The notes under the pieces were generated by a model. It was not told where the DNA came from and did not search any database. It worked only from the letters and a program-made list of their open reading frames with translations. The translations under genes and the position numbers were made by a program. Of a DNA stretch of 64,000 nt, positions 38,396 to 47,231 are shown piece by piece. Each line of letters opens with the position of its first letter. The stretch's first letter is position 1. Source of the DNA: Tagaea sp. (GTDB lineage Bacteria; Pseudomonadota; Alphaproteobacteria; CACIAM-22H2); contig CBDIIB010000005.1 of the NCBI GenBank assembly GCA_965279525.1, positions 481,464 to 545,463 on the forward strand, written 5' to 3'.

Positions 38396-39428
38396 GGGCG
38401 TGGGCGATCACCTTGCGCATCAAGGTGGGCAGCGCCACGTCACCCAGCCGGTCGATCGCCACCCACTGTCCGCCTTCCACGTCCGCACGCCGGCCGCGCG
38501 CGGCCCACACGGTCAATTCCAGTTCGAAATGCGTGAAGCCGTGGCGCACGCGGCCAGGCAACACGCGCCAGGCGAGCGCCGCAGGTGCCGCTGCGCGCGC
38601 GATCTTTTCCGAGGGATCGGCCTTCGCCCATTCGCTCGACGGCACTTCCATCATGCCGCCCAGCAGGCCTTCGTCGGCGCGACGGCGCAGCCACACGGCC
38701 CCCGTGCGGTCGCTCAGCACATAGGCGATCGCGCGCCGCGTGGGCCGCTTGGCGCGCGGAAGCTTGACCGGATAGCGCTCCGCCTCGCCCGCCGCACGCG
38801 CCCGGCAGGCAAGCTTCCACGGGCAAAGCATGCAGCGCGGCTTGCGCGGGCTGCACACCGTGGCGCCCAGATCCATCGTCGCCTGCGCGAAATCGCCGGG
38901 CCGGTCGGCGGGCACGATCTCGGCAAGGACGGCGCGGATCTCGGGCTTGGCCTTGGGCAGCGGGGTGGAAATCGCATGCAGGCGCGTGACGACGCGCTCG
39001 ACATTGCCGTCGATCACCACGCTTGGCCGGCCGAACGCGATCGCCGCGATGGACGCGGCCGTGTAGGGGCCGATGCCCGGAAGCTCGAGCAGGCCATCTT
39101 CGGTGTCGGGAAAGATGCCGCCATGCGCGTCCGCGACGGCCTGTGCGCAGGCGTGCAGGTTGCGCGCGCGCGCGTAGTAGCCAAGCCCGGCCCACGCATG
39201 CAGCACGTCTTCGCGCGGGGCCGCCGCCAGTGCCTCGACCGTCGGCCAGCGCTTCACGAACGCGTCGAAATAGGGACCGACGGTGGCGACGGTCGTCTGC
39301 TGCAGCATGATCTCGGCAAGCCAGACGCGATAGGGATCGGGCATCTCGCCGGCCGCCGCACGCCACGGCATCACGCGCCGGTGCCGGTCGTACCAGGCGA
39401 GCAAAGCTGCGGTCAGGGCCGTTGTCAT
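38346..39428 (-). CDS. mutY: A/G-specific adenine DNA glycosylase
   Basis: LLAWYDRHRRVMPWR...DPYRVWLAEIMLQQTTV...GLGYYARARNLH...LPGIGPYTAASIAAIAF...C-x6-C-x2-C-x5-C (CSPRKPRCMLCPWKLAC). Confidence 0.93.
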   Translation of the reverse strand: MTTALTAALLAWYDRHRRVMPWRAAAGEMPDPYRVWLAEIMLQQTTVATVGPYFDAFVKRWPTVEALAAAPREDVLHAWAGLGYYARARNLHACAQAVADAHGGIFPDTEDGLLELPGIGPYTAASIAAIAFGRPSVVIDGNVERVVTRLHAISTPLPKAKPEIRAVLAEIVPADRPGDFAQATMDLGATVCSPRKPRCMLCPWKLACRARAAGEAERYPVKLPRAKRPTRRAIAYVLSDRTGAVWLRRRADEGLLGGMMEVPSSEWAKADPSEKIARAAAPAALAWRVLPGRVRHGFTHFELELTVWAARGRRADVEGGQWVAIDRLGDVALPTLMRKVIAHALKDATGTPPAKSRARA

Positions 39429-39475
39429 CGCCGGGAAATTTGGAGTCGCATGGGCGGCAGTCTAGACTGACGGCC

Positions 39476-39967
39476 ATGGCGCTCAAGGCGATCGCGACAC
39501 AGGTTCCCAAGCTGACGAAGGAAGCGCTGAAGCGGCGCGGGCCGGCCTTCGCCACCATCGTGGCGGAATGGGCCAACATCGTGGGGCCGGCCCTTGCCGG
39601 CTGCACGCTGCCCGAGAAGCTCGGCACGCCGCCGCGCCCGCCAAAGGGCGTGACGGCCCCACCGCAGGCCGGCGTGCTGACGCTGCGCGTTGCCGGCGGG
39701 GCGGCGATGGAGCTCCAGCACCTCGCCCCGCAGCTCGTCGAGCGGATCAATTCCTTCGCCGGATTCAAGGCGGTGGACCGGCTGCGCTTCGTGCAGGGGC
39801 CGATGCCGCTGGCCGGCGAACCGCCCGCAGCCCCGCCCCGGCCTTTGTCGGCGGCCGAGCGGTCCCGCATCGGCCAGGCGGTCGAGTCGCTGGCCGACGA
39901 CGGATTGAAGGCAGCCCTGTTCCGGCTGGGCGAGGGACTGACCCGGGGTCGCCGCGGAAAAGCCTAG
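39476..39967 (+). CDS. DUF721 (DciA-family) protein
   Basis: ATG 39476 within ORF 39422..39967 (TTG start in the track). IVAEWANIVGPALAGCTLPEKL...GVLTLRVAGGAAMELQHLAPQLVERINSFAG. The position between mutY and dsbA/smc is typical of alphaproteobacteria. Confidence 0.7.
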   Translation: MALKAIATQVPKLTKEALKRRGPAFATIVAEWANIVGPALAGCTLPEKLGTPPRPPKGVTAPPQAGVLTLRVAGGAAMELQHLAPQLVERINSFAGFKAVDRLRFVQGPMPLAGEPPAAPPRPLSAAERSRIGQAVESLADDGLKAALFRLGEGLTRGRRGKA

Positions 39968-40068
39968 ATTCTCCGGTGGGATAGGCTGACTTATCCCCAA
40001 TCGGGGGAATCGACCTTGAGGAGTCCGGTCCCGAGTCGGTACGATCACAACATCTTGTGGGTGGAACG

Positions 40069-40698
40069 ATGAACAAGCGGCACATCTCGACATTTTTCGC
40101 GGCTTTCGCGCTGATCGGCCTCGCCTTTTCGGCCGCAGCGCAAACACCCGTGCCCGCTCCGCGTGCCGAGGGCCTCGACATGGTCATGGGGGCGCCCGAC
40201 GCCCCGATCACGATCATCGAGTACGCCTCGCTGACCTGCCCGCACTGCGCCAAGCTCCACATCGAGACGATGCCGCGCCTGAAGGCCGAATACATCGACA
40301 CCGGCAGGCTCAAGCTCGTCTTCCGCGACTTCCCGCTCGACCGCATCGCGCTCAACGCCGCGATGCTGGCGCGCTGTGCTGGACCCGAGCGCTTCTTCAC
40401 GTTCCTCGACGTGTTCTTCACCCAGCAGGCCAACTGGCTGCGCGGCACTTCGGCCGACCAGATCATGGCCAGCCTGCGCCGGCTCGCGCGCACCGGCGGC
40501 ATGAGCGAGGCGGCGATGGATGCGTGCCTTGCCAACACCGACATGCAGAACGCCGTGCTGTCGCAGTCGATGACGGGCGAGCGCGAGCACAAGGTCCAGT
40601 CCACGCCCACGCTGGTCATCAACGGCACCGTCCATCGCGGCGGCCAGACATTCGAAGAGCTCGACAAGATCCTGAAACCGCTCGCGGGCAACCGCTAG
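40069..40698 (+). CDS. DsbA-family thiol:disulfide oxidoreductase (periplasmic)
   Basis: ATG 40069 within ORF 40057..40698. Signal-like N-terminus. IIEYASLTCPHCAKLH (CPHC active site). Confidence 0.85.
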   Translation: MNKRHISTFFAAFALIGLAFSAAAQTPVPAPRAEGLDMVMGAPDAPITIIEYASLTCPHCAKLHIETMPRLKAEYIDTGRLKLVFRDFPLDRIALNAAMLARCAGPERFFTFLDVFFTQQANWLRGTSADQIMASLRRLARTGGMSEAAMDACLANTDMQNAVLSQSMTGEREHKVQSTPTLVINGTVHRGGQTFEELDKILKPLAGNR

Positions 40699-40731
40699 CC
40701 TCAGGTCCAGTACCCAGGGAGTTTACGACCC

Positions 40732-43700
40732 ATGCAGTTCGTCAAGTTGCGCCTGTCCGGCTTCAAGTCGTTCGTCGAGCCGACCGAGTTCGCCATCGAA
40801 CCCGGCCTTACCGGCATCGTCGGTCCCAACGGCTGCGGCAAGTCGAACCTGGTCGAAGCGCTGCGCTGGGTGATGGGCGAGAACCGCGTCAAGGCGCTGC
40901 GCGGCGGCGAGATGGACGACGTGATCTTCGCCGGCACGACGAGCCGCCCGTCGCGCAACGTGGCCGAAGTGGGCCTGTTCGTCGACAACGGCGAGCATCG
41001 GGCACCGGCCGCGTACAACGACATGAACGATTTCGACGTCGTGCGCCGCATCGAGCGCGAGAAGGGCTCGGCCTACCGCATCGGCGGGCGCGAAGTGCGC
41101 GCGCGCGACGTGCAGCTGTTCTTCCAGGACGTCGGCTCGGGCGCGCATTCGCCCTCGCTGGTCAGCCAGGGGCGCATCGGCGCCATCATCCAGGCCAAGC
41201 CCACCGAGCGCCGCCAGATCCTGGAAGAGGCCGCCGGCATCACCGGCCTGCATTCGCGCCGCCACGAGGCGGAGCTGAAGCTGAAGGCCGCCGAACAGAA
41301 TCTCGCCCGCCTCGACGACGTCATCACGACACTGACCGCACAGCTCGACGGCCTCAAGAAGCAGGCCCGCCAGGCCGCGCGCTACCGCAACATGAGCGAC
41401 CTCGTGCGCCGCGCCGAGGCGATCCTGTTCCACCTGCGCTGGGAAAAGCAGCAGGCCGACAGTGCCATGGCGACCGAGCGGCTCGCCGCCGCCGAAGCGC
41501 TGGTCATCGACATCACGACGCGCGCCGCCGCGGCCTCCACGGTCGTCGCCGAAGCGCAGGCCCTGCTCCCCGATCTGCGCCGCCACGAGGCGGAAGCGGC
41601 GGCTGCATTGACGCGCCTGCAGGTCGCGGGCGAACAGCTGGCGGAAGAAGAGCGCCGCATCGTGGCGCAGATCGAAGCATTGGACGCGCGCCTCGAACAG
41701 CTCGCGCGCGACAAGACGCGCGAGGAATCCCTGCTCGCCGACGCGCACGCCGCGCGCGAGAAGCTGGCGGCCGAACTCGGGGAGCTTGCCGAGCACGACA
41801 CGCGGGCCGCCGAAGAAGAAGCCGGCCTCGCCACCGACATCGAAGCCCGCCGCGACCAGGTGGAAACGCTCGACGCCGACCTCGCCCGCGCCACCGAAGC
41901 GGTCGCCAAGGCCGAGAGCGAGCGCGCCTCGCTGCAGCGCGAGCTTGGCGATCTCGCCGGCCGCCTTGCGCGCCTTGCCGACCGGCGTGCGGCACTGGAA
42001 ACGGACAAGGTGGGGCTCGAAGCCCAGCTCGCCGGTTCCGACGAGAAGCGGCTCGCCGCCGAAGCGCGCCTCGCCCAGGCCGATGCCGACATGAACGCGG
42101 CCGCCTCGTCCGCCGAAGAGGCCGAGGGCGCGCGACGCGCCGCCCAGGAAGAGGAATTCGCCGCGCGTGAGACGCTGCGCGAGGCCGACCAGAACCAGTC
42201 GAAGCTCGACGGCGAGCGCCAGGGCATCGGGCGTGCGCTGGCCGCCCTCACCAAGAACGCCGGCCCGCACGCACCCGTGATGGATGCGCTGCGCGTCGTC
42301 GCGGGCTACGAGACCGCTCTTGGTGCCGGCCTCGGCGACGATCTCTCGGCCTCGCTCGACGGCGAGGCACCGCGCAACTGGCGCGCACTCGACATCGCCG
42401 GCAATCCGCCGGCGTTGCCGGTGGGTGCGACACCGCTGTCGGATTTCGTGCAGGCACCCGAAGCGCTCGCACGCCGGCTTTCGCAGATCGGCATCGTCGC
42501 CGATGCCGCCACGGCCGATGCTCTCGCCCCACAGCTCGCCCAAGGCCAGCGCCTCGTCACGCGCGAAGGTGCCTTGTGGCGCTGGGACGGGTTCGCCCAG
42601 CGTGCAGGTGCCGCCTCGCAGGCGGCCGAACTGCTGACGATGCGCAACCGCCTCGAAACGCTGGACGCCGAACTGATCCGCGCACGCGAGATCGCCGACG
42701 GGGCGCGCATCCGCCATGCCAACGCGCAGGCCGCCGGCAAGGAAGCCGAAGCGAAGGACCAGGCCGCGCGCACCGCCACGCGCACCTCGACCGCCACGGT
42801 CGAAGCAGCACGCAGCGAGATCATCCGCATCGCGCGCGAAACCGAGAACGAGTCCGCCAAGCTCGGCCTGCTCGCCGGCGAGATCGACCGCAACGAAACC
42901 GAACGCGCCGAGATCGACGGCCGCCGGGCGAATGCCGAGACGCGCTTCGCCGAGATCGAGGACCCGACGAGTGCACGCGCCAAGCTCGCCGAGGACCGCC
43001 AGGCCCTGTCCGCCGCCCGCCAGGCGCTGGCCGAGCGCGAGGCCGCGTCCGCGCGCCTGACGCGCGAGCGCGACGGGCGCGAGCGCCGCCGCCATATGAT
43101 CGGCAACGAAACCGAGGCGTGGACCAACCGCGCCGACGGCGCCCAGCGCCAGATCGCCACGCTCGTCGAGCGCGCCGAGCTGACGGCAAGCGAGCGCGAG
43201 GAACTGGCCGGCCGCCCGGCCGAGATCGCCGCCGAGCGCGAAGCCCTGCTGACCAAGACGCAGGAGATGGAAGCGATCCGCCGCAAGGCCGCCGACGATC
43301 TGGCGGCCGCCGAGAACGCCGTTCGCGAGGCCGACCGCGCGCTGAAGGCCGTGGAAGCCAGCCTTGTCGAGGCACGCGAGGACCGCGTGCGCGAACAGGG
43401 CCATGTCGAGCACCAGACGGCGGCGGGCGAACAGCTCGTGGCCACGATCCGCGAACGGCTCGACTGCGCGCCGGACGGCTGCCTTGCCGCCGGCATGGTC
43501 GATCCGTCCGACGAACTGCCCGCGATGGAGGACATCGAGCGCCGCCTCGACCGCCTCGTGAAGGAGCGCGACAACATGGGCCCGGTCAACCTGCGCGCCG
43601 AGCAGGAAGCCGAGGAAGTCGAAGCGCAGATCCTCGGCATGACGACCGAGAAGGACGATCTCGTCGCCGCGATCGCCAAGCTGCGCCAGGGCATCAACAG

Positions 43701-44226
43701 CCTCAACAAGGAGGCGCGCGAGCGCCTGCGCGAGGCCTTCGCCAAGGTCGACCAGCATTTCCAGGACCTGTTCTCGCGCCTGTTCGGCGGCGGGCGGGCG
43801 CATCTGACGCTGACGCCCGTGATGGGCCCCGACGGCCAGATCAACGACGACCCGCTCGAAGCCGGCCTCGACGTGATGGCCTCGCCCCCGGGCAAGAAGC
43901 TCCAGTCGCTGACGTTGCTGTCGGGCGGCGAGCAGGCGATGACGGCGCTGGCCCTGCTCTTCGCGGTGTTCCTCACCAACCCCGCCCCGATCTGCGTGAT
44001 GGACGAAGTCGACGCCCCGCTCGACGACGCCAACGTCGACCGGTTCTGCAAGCTGCTCGACGAGATCGGCCGTTCGTCGGGCGTGCGCTTCATCGTCGTC
44101 ACCCACCACCGCCTCACCATGGCGAAGATGGACCGGCTCTTCGGCGTCACGATGGCCGAGCGCGGGGTTTCGACCCTCGTCTCGGTCGATCTTCGCAGTG
44201 CAGAAAAGCTCCGCGCGACGGCCTGA
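40732..44226 (+). CDS. smc: Chromosome segregation protein SMC
   Basis: 1164 aa. MQFVKLRLSGFKSFVEPTEFAIEPGLTGIVGPNGCGKSNLVEALRWVMGE, long coiled coils, hinge, and C-terminal LSGGEQAMTALALLFA...MDEVDAPLDDANV. Confidence 0.97.
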   Translation: MQFVKLRLSGFKSFVEPTEFAIEPGLTGIVGPNGCGKSNLVEALRWVMGENRVKALRGGEMDDVIFAGTTSRPSRNVAEVGLFVDNGEHRAPAAYNDMNDFDVVRRIEREKGSAYRIGGREVRARDVQLFFQDVGSGAHSPSLVSQGRIGAIIQAKPTERRQILEEAAGITGLHSRRHEAELKLKAAEQNLARLDDVITTLTAQLDGLKKQARQAARYRNMSDLVRRAEAILFHLRWEKQQADSAMATERLAAAEALVIDITTRAAAASTVVAEAQALLPDLRRHEAEAAAALTRLQVAGEQLAEEERRIVAQIEALDARLEQLARDKTREESLLADAHAAREKLAAELGELAEHDTRAAEEEAGLATDIEARRDQVETLDADLARATEAVAKAESERASLQRELGDLAGRLARLADRRAALETDKVGLEAQLAGSDEKRLAAEARLAQADADMNAAASSAEEAEGARRAAQEEEFAARETLREADQNQSKLDGERQGIGRALAALTKNAGPHAPVMDALRVVAGYETALGAGLGDDLSASLDGEAPRNWRALDIAGNPPALPVGATPLSDFVQAPEALARRLSQIGIVADAATADALAPQLAQGQRLVTREGALWRWDGFAQRAGAASQAAELLTMRNRLETLDAELIRAREIADGARIRHANAQAAGKEAEAKDQAARTATRTSTATVEAARSEIIRIARETENESAKLGLLAGEIDRNETERAEIDGRRANAETRFAEIEDPTSARAKLAEDRQALSAARQALAEREAASARLTRERDGRERRRHMIGNETEAWTNRADGAQRQIATLVERAELTASEREELAGRPAEIAAEREALLTKTQEMEAIRRKAADDLAAAENAVREADRALKAVEASLVEAREDRVREQGHVEHQTAAGEQLVATIRERLDCAPDGCLAAGMVDPSDELPAMEDIERRLDRLVKERDNMGPVNLRAEQEAEEVEAQILGMTTEKDDLVAAIAKLRQGINSLNKEARERLREAFAKVDQHFQDLFSRLFGGGRAHLTLTPVMGPDGQINDDPLEAGLDVMASPPGKKLQSLTLLSGGEQAMTALALLFAVFLTNPAPICVMDEVDAPLDDANVDRFCKLLDEIGRSSGVRFIVVTHHRLTMAKMDRLFGVTMAERGVSTLVSVDLRSAEKLRATA

Positions 44227-44279
44227 CGCGCGGGGCGTTTTCGCTTTCTTATCAAGGCCGTAGTTTCCCCCTTTCGGCC

Positions 44280-44308
44280 TTGACAGGGGAACGGCCCGAC
44301 CCTATTGT
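44280..44308 (+). promoter_or_regulatory. Strong sigma-70-like promoter motif between smc and atpI
   Basis: TTGACA (44280-44285), a 17-nt spacer, then TATTGT (44303-44308). Confidence 0.45.
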
Positions 44309-44328
44309 CCGCGCCGTCATCGAGACGG

Positions 44329-44355
44329 AAAAGGGCGGATTCTTCGCCCTTTTTT
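44329..44355 (+). terminator. Intrinsic terminator-like hairpin between smc and atpI
   Basis: AAAAGGGCG-GATTCTT-CGCCCTTTTTT, about 100 nt after the smc stop and 40 nt before the atpI ATG. Confidence 0.65.
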
Positions 44356-44394
44356 GTCGTTTCGACCGGCAGCGAACGCAAGAGGTTCCCGAGC

Positions 44395-44745
44395 ATGACC
44401 GATCCGGATGACCGGACGCGCCAGCTCGACGAGCTCTCGGCCAAGGTAGAGGCCGTGCAGGCGCGCCGGGCGAAAGCGGAGACGCGTTCGGCATCTTCGG
44501 CCGGGCGGACGACGGGGCAGATGGGCCTCGGCTTCCGCATCTCGGTCGAACTGCTCGCCACGCTCGCCGTCGGGACCGGGATGGGCTACGTGCTCGACCG
44601 GTGGCTCGGCACCTCGCCGTGGCTGACGCTCGCGTTCTTCATGCTCGGCGCAGCCGCCGGCATGCGCAACGTGATCCGGGTCGCCACCGCCGCCCAGAAG
44701 AAGGTGGCCGACGACGCGGAACGCAAGACTGAGACCGAGACCTGA
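44395..44745 (+). CDS. atpI: ATP synthase protein I (AtpI/AtpZ family)
   Basis: Internal ATG of ORF 44305..44745. GLGFRISVELLATLAVGTGMGYVLDRWLGTSPWLTLAFFMLGAAAGMRNV. First gene of the F0 operon. Confidence 0.75.
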   Translation: MTDPDDRTRQLDELSAKVEAVQARRAKAETRSASSAGRTTGQMGLGFRISVELLATLAVGTGMGYVLDRWLGTSPWLTLAFFMLGAAAGMRNVIRVATAAQKKVADDAERKTETET

Positions 44746-44773
44746 ATTCAAGTTTTTCCGGAGCACCCGCACC

Positions 44774-45508
44774 GTGGCAAGTCCCCTCGAGCAGTTCCAG
44801 ATCAAGCCGATCGTGCAGTTCAGCCTGGCGGGCTACGACCTCGCCTACACGAACTCGGCGCTGATGATGACGGTCGCCGCGGTCGCCGCCTCGGTGCTGC
44901 TGCTCGCCGCCGCGAACGGGGCCCGCCTCGTGCCGGGCCGGCTCCAGTCGGTGGGCGAGATCATGTACGGCTTCATTGCCGGCATGGTGCGCGAGAATGT
45001 CGGCGACGAAGGGAAAAAGTATTTCCCGTTCTTTTTCACGCTTTTCTGCTTCGTGCTGTTCGGCAACCTCGCGGGCATGATCCCGGGCGCCTTCACCTTC
45101 ACCAGCCACATCGTCGTGACGTTCACGATGGCGCTCGCCATCTTCCTCGTCATCACCGTGATCGGCTTCATGCACCACGGCACGCACTTCTTCTCGCTGT
45201 TCTTCCCGTCGGGCGCCCCGCTTGCCACGGCGCCCATTCTCATCCCGATCGAAGTGATCTCGTACATGGCCCGCCCGATCTCGCTGTCGGTGCGCCTGTT
45301 CGCGAACATGACGGTGGGCCACATCATCATGAAGATCTTCGCGGGCTTCGTGATCAGCCTGGGCGCGTTCTTCGTGATCCCGGGCGTCGTCCCCTTCGCG
45401 GTCCTGGTCGGCATCTCGGCACTCGAGTTCTTCGTCGCCGCCCTCCAGGCCTACATCTTCACGATCCTGTCCTGCATCTACCTGCACGACGCGATCCACC
45501 TGCACTGA
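44774..45508 (+). CDS. atpB: F0F1 ATP synthase subunit a
   Basis: GTG start. PLEQFQIKPI...LFGNLAGMIPG...ISLSVRLFANMTVGHIIM. Confidence 0.95.
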   Translation: MASPLEQFQIKPIVQFSLAGYDLAYTNSALMMTVAAVAASVLLLAAANGARLVPGRLQSVGEIMYGFIAGMVRENVGDEGKKYFPFFFTLFCFVLFGNLAGMIPGAFTFTSHIVVTFTMALAIFLVITVIGFMHHGTHFFSLFFPSGAPLATAPILIPIEVISYMARPISLSVRLFANMTVGHIIMKIFAGFVISLGAFFVIPGVVPFAVLVGISALEFFVAALQAYIFTILSCIYLHDAIHLH

Positions 45509-45594
45509 GCGCCGTTGCCGCCCTGCCCCGACCCTGTGGACCGGCCGGACGGAAACGAAGCGACCAGTAAACCGAAAGAGAGAGGAACATCACT

Positions 45595-45819
45595 ATGGAA
45601 GTCGCAGCAGCAAAGCTCATCGGCATGGGTCTGGCCGCCATCGGCATGATCGGTGCGGGCATCGGCGTGGGCTCGGTGTGGGCCAGCCTGATCTCGGCCG
45701 TCGCGCGCAACCCGGCCGCCAAGGACAACGTGCAGGTCTTCGCCTATATCGGCTTCGCGGTGACCGAGTTCATCGCGCTGCTCGCCTTCGTCATCGCGAT
45801 CCTGATCTTCGTCTCCTGA
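45595..45819 (+). CDS. atpE: F0F1 ATP synthase subunit c
   Basis: 74 aa. GMGLAAIGMIGAGIGVG...ARNPAA...FAVTEFIALLAFVIA. Confidence 0.95.
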   Translation: MEVAAAKLIGMGLAAIGMIGAGIGVGSVWASLISAVARNPAAKDNVQVFAYIGFAVTEFIALLAFVIAILIFVS

Positions 45820-45827
45820 TCCCGTTT

Positions 45828-45855
45828 CCGGGGAAGGGCATCGGCCCTTCCCCGG
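45828..45855 (+). other. Strong intra-operon stem-loop between atpE and the b' gene
   Basis: CCGGGGAAGGGC-ATCG-GCCCTTCCCCGG (12-bp perfect stem) with no clean T-tract. Plausibly an mRNA stabiliser or partial terminator that sets the excess of c subunit. Confidence 0.6.
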
Positions 45856-45881
45856 ATCCGTTTTCCCGAAGGGGAAATCCG

Positions 45882-46355
45882 ATGCCGCAGTTCGATCCCA
45901 CTTGGTTCCCCAGCCAGATCTTCTGGCTCGCGATCATCTTCCTCGCCTTCTACGTCGTGCTCTCGAAGCTCGTGCTGCCCCAGCTGGGGGCCGCGATCGA
46001 GGGCCGCGAGAAGCAGATCGAGGGCGACCTCGCGCGCGCCGGCTCGCTGAAGGGCGAGAGCGACGCGATGATCGCCACCTACGAGAAGGCGCTGGCCGAG
46101 AGCCGCGCCAAGGCCCAGGCCGTGCGCGCGGAGACCGAGGCGAAGCTCGCCAAGGAAGCCGCGGTGAAGTCCGCCGCCCTCAACGCCGCGCTGGGCGACA
46201 AGATCAAGGCCGCCGAGGCGAAGATCGCCGAGGCCCGCCGTGCCGCCCTTTCCAACGTCGAGGCGCTGGCCGCCGAGATCGCCGTCGAAGCCGCCCGCAA
46301 GATCGGCGGCATCTCGGTGACCGAGGCCGACGCCAAGACCGCGGCGCGCGGCTAG
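45882..46355 (+). CDS. F0F1 ATP synthase subunit b'
   Basis: Internal ATG of ORF 45678..46355. MPQFDPTWFPSQIFWLAIIFLAFYVVLSKLVLPQL followed by a long charged helix. Confidence 0.85.
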   Translation: MPQFDPTWFPSQIFWLAIIFLAFYVVLSKLVLPQLGAAIEGREKQIEGDLARAGSLKGESDAMIATYEKALAESRAKAQAVRAETEAKLAKEAAVKSAALNAALGDKIKAAEAKIAEARRAALSNVEALAAEIAVEAARKIGGISVTEADAKTAARG

Positions 46356-46366
46356 GAGCAACAGAC

Positions 46367-46855
46367 ATGGCAATCCTGCAGAACGAATATCTCTGGATCT
46401 CGCTGGCGATCCTGACCCTGTTCTGGTTCGCCGCCGGCCCGGTCAAGTCGGCCGTGCTCGGCGGGCTCGATGCGCGCGCCGCACGCATCGCCAAGGACCT
46501 CGAGGAAGCGGCCGCCCTGCGCAAGCAGGCCGAAGCGCTGCTGGCCGAGTACCAGGCCAAGCACCGCGAGGCGATGGCGCAGGCCGAAGCGATCCTGACC
46601 AACGCCCGCGAGGAAGCGGCCCGCCTCGCCCAGAAGGCCGAGGGTGACCTTGCTGCCTCGCTGAAGCGCCGCGAGGACCTCGCGATGGAGCGCATCGCGC
46701 AGGCCGAAGCGCAGGCGACCGCCGAAGTGCGCACCGCCGCGGTCGACCTCGCGATGGCCGCCACGGCCCGCCTGCTCGAAGGCCGCCTCGACGCTGCCCG
46801 CCAGGACGCGCTGATCGACGGTGCCATCAAGGCGATGCCCGCCCGTCTCAACTAA
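46367..46855 (+). CDS. atpF: F0F1 ATP synthase subunit b
   Basis: ATG 46367 in the tail of ORF 45902..46855, with AGGAG upstream. One N-terminal TM helix, then an Ala/Glu/Arg-rich helix. Confidence 0.85.
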   Translation: MAILQNEYLWISLAILTLFWFAAGPVKSAVLGGLDARAARIAKDLEEAAALRKQAEALLAEYQAKHREAMAQAEAILTNAREEAARLAQKAEGDLAASLKRREDLAMERIAQAEAQATAEVRTAAVDLAMAATARLLEGRLDAARQDALIDGAIKAMPARLN

Positions 46856-46882
46856 GCGTTTCCGGCTCTGGCCGGAACAAAG

Positions 46883-46916
46883 ACGCCGCCGCCCGCAAGG
46901 CCGGCGGCGTTTTTCG
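46883..46916 (+). terminator. Rho-independent terminator after the F0 operon
   Basis: ACGCCGCCG-CCCGCAAGGC-CGGCGGCGT followed by TTTTCGTTT. Confidence 0.75.
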
Positions 46917-47231
46917 TTTCAGGAGACGACAGGAGACGGGATGTTACAGTCTCCTGTCCAAGCCGTTGAAACGCCGGCGAATCATACGAGACAGGTGACG
47001 TAACCCGCGTTTCGATTGACGAAACTTTGCGGCCGTTTCGCGGGCACGCTCCCGCCTGGTCCAGTTCACGATGTCAAAGAGCGCACGGCCGGATGGTCCC
47101 GGCCGATGCGAGGAGGTTAATCTGCGAAGGGATTAAATACAACTTAAAATACAATCGTATTCGACCAAGCGCCGGCGCGTGTCATGCTGGCCCCGAGACA
47201 AAGGCCATCCCCGCAAGAGCGAGACCGCATC

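Noticed and set aside
40723-44109. 1128-aa minus-strand ORF antisense to smc. Similar giant antisense ORFs occur at 2462..5137(-), 3217..5691(+), 15960..18785(-), 23113..26385(+), 30292..33093(+), 27851..30253(+) and 58830..60590(+).
   Set aside because: Each lies opposite a gene with clear family signatures (smc, pheT, helicase, MCP, flavoprotein, permease and binding protein, DsbD). All have the same Arg/Ala/Gly/Asp-rich composition expected from reading GC-rich codons in the wrong frame.
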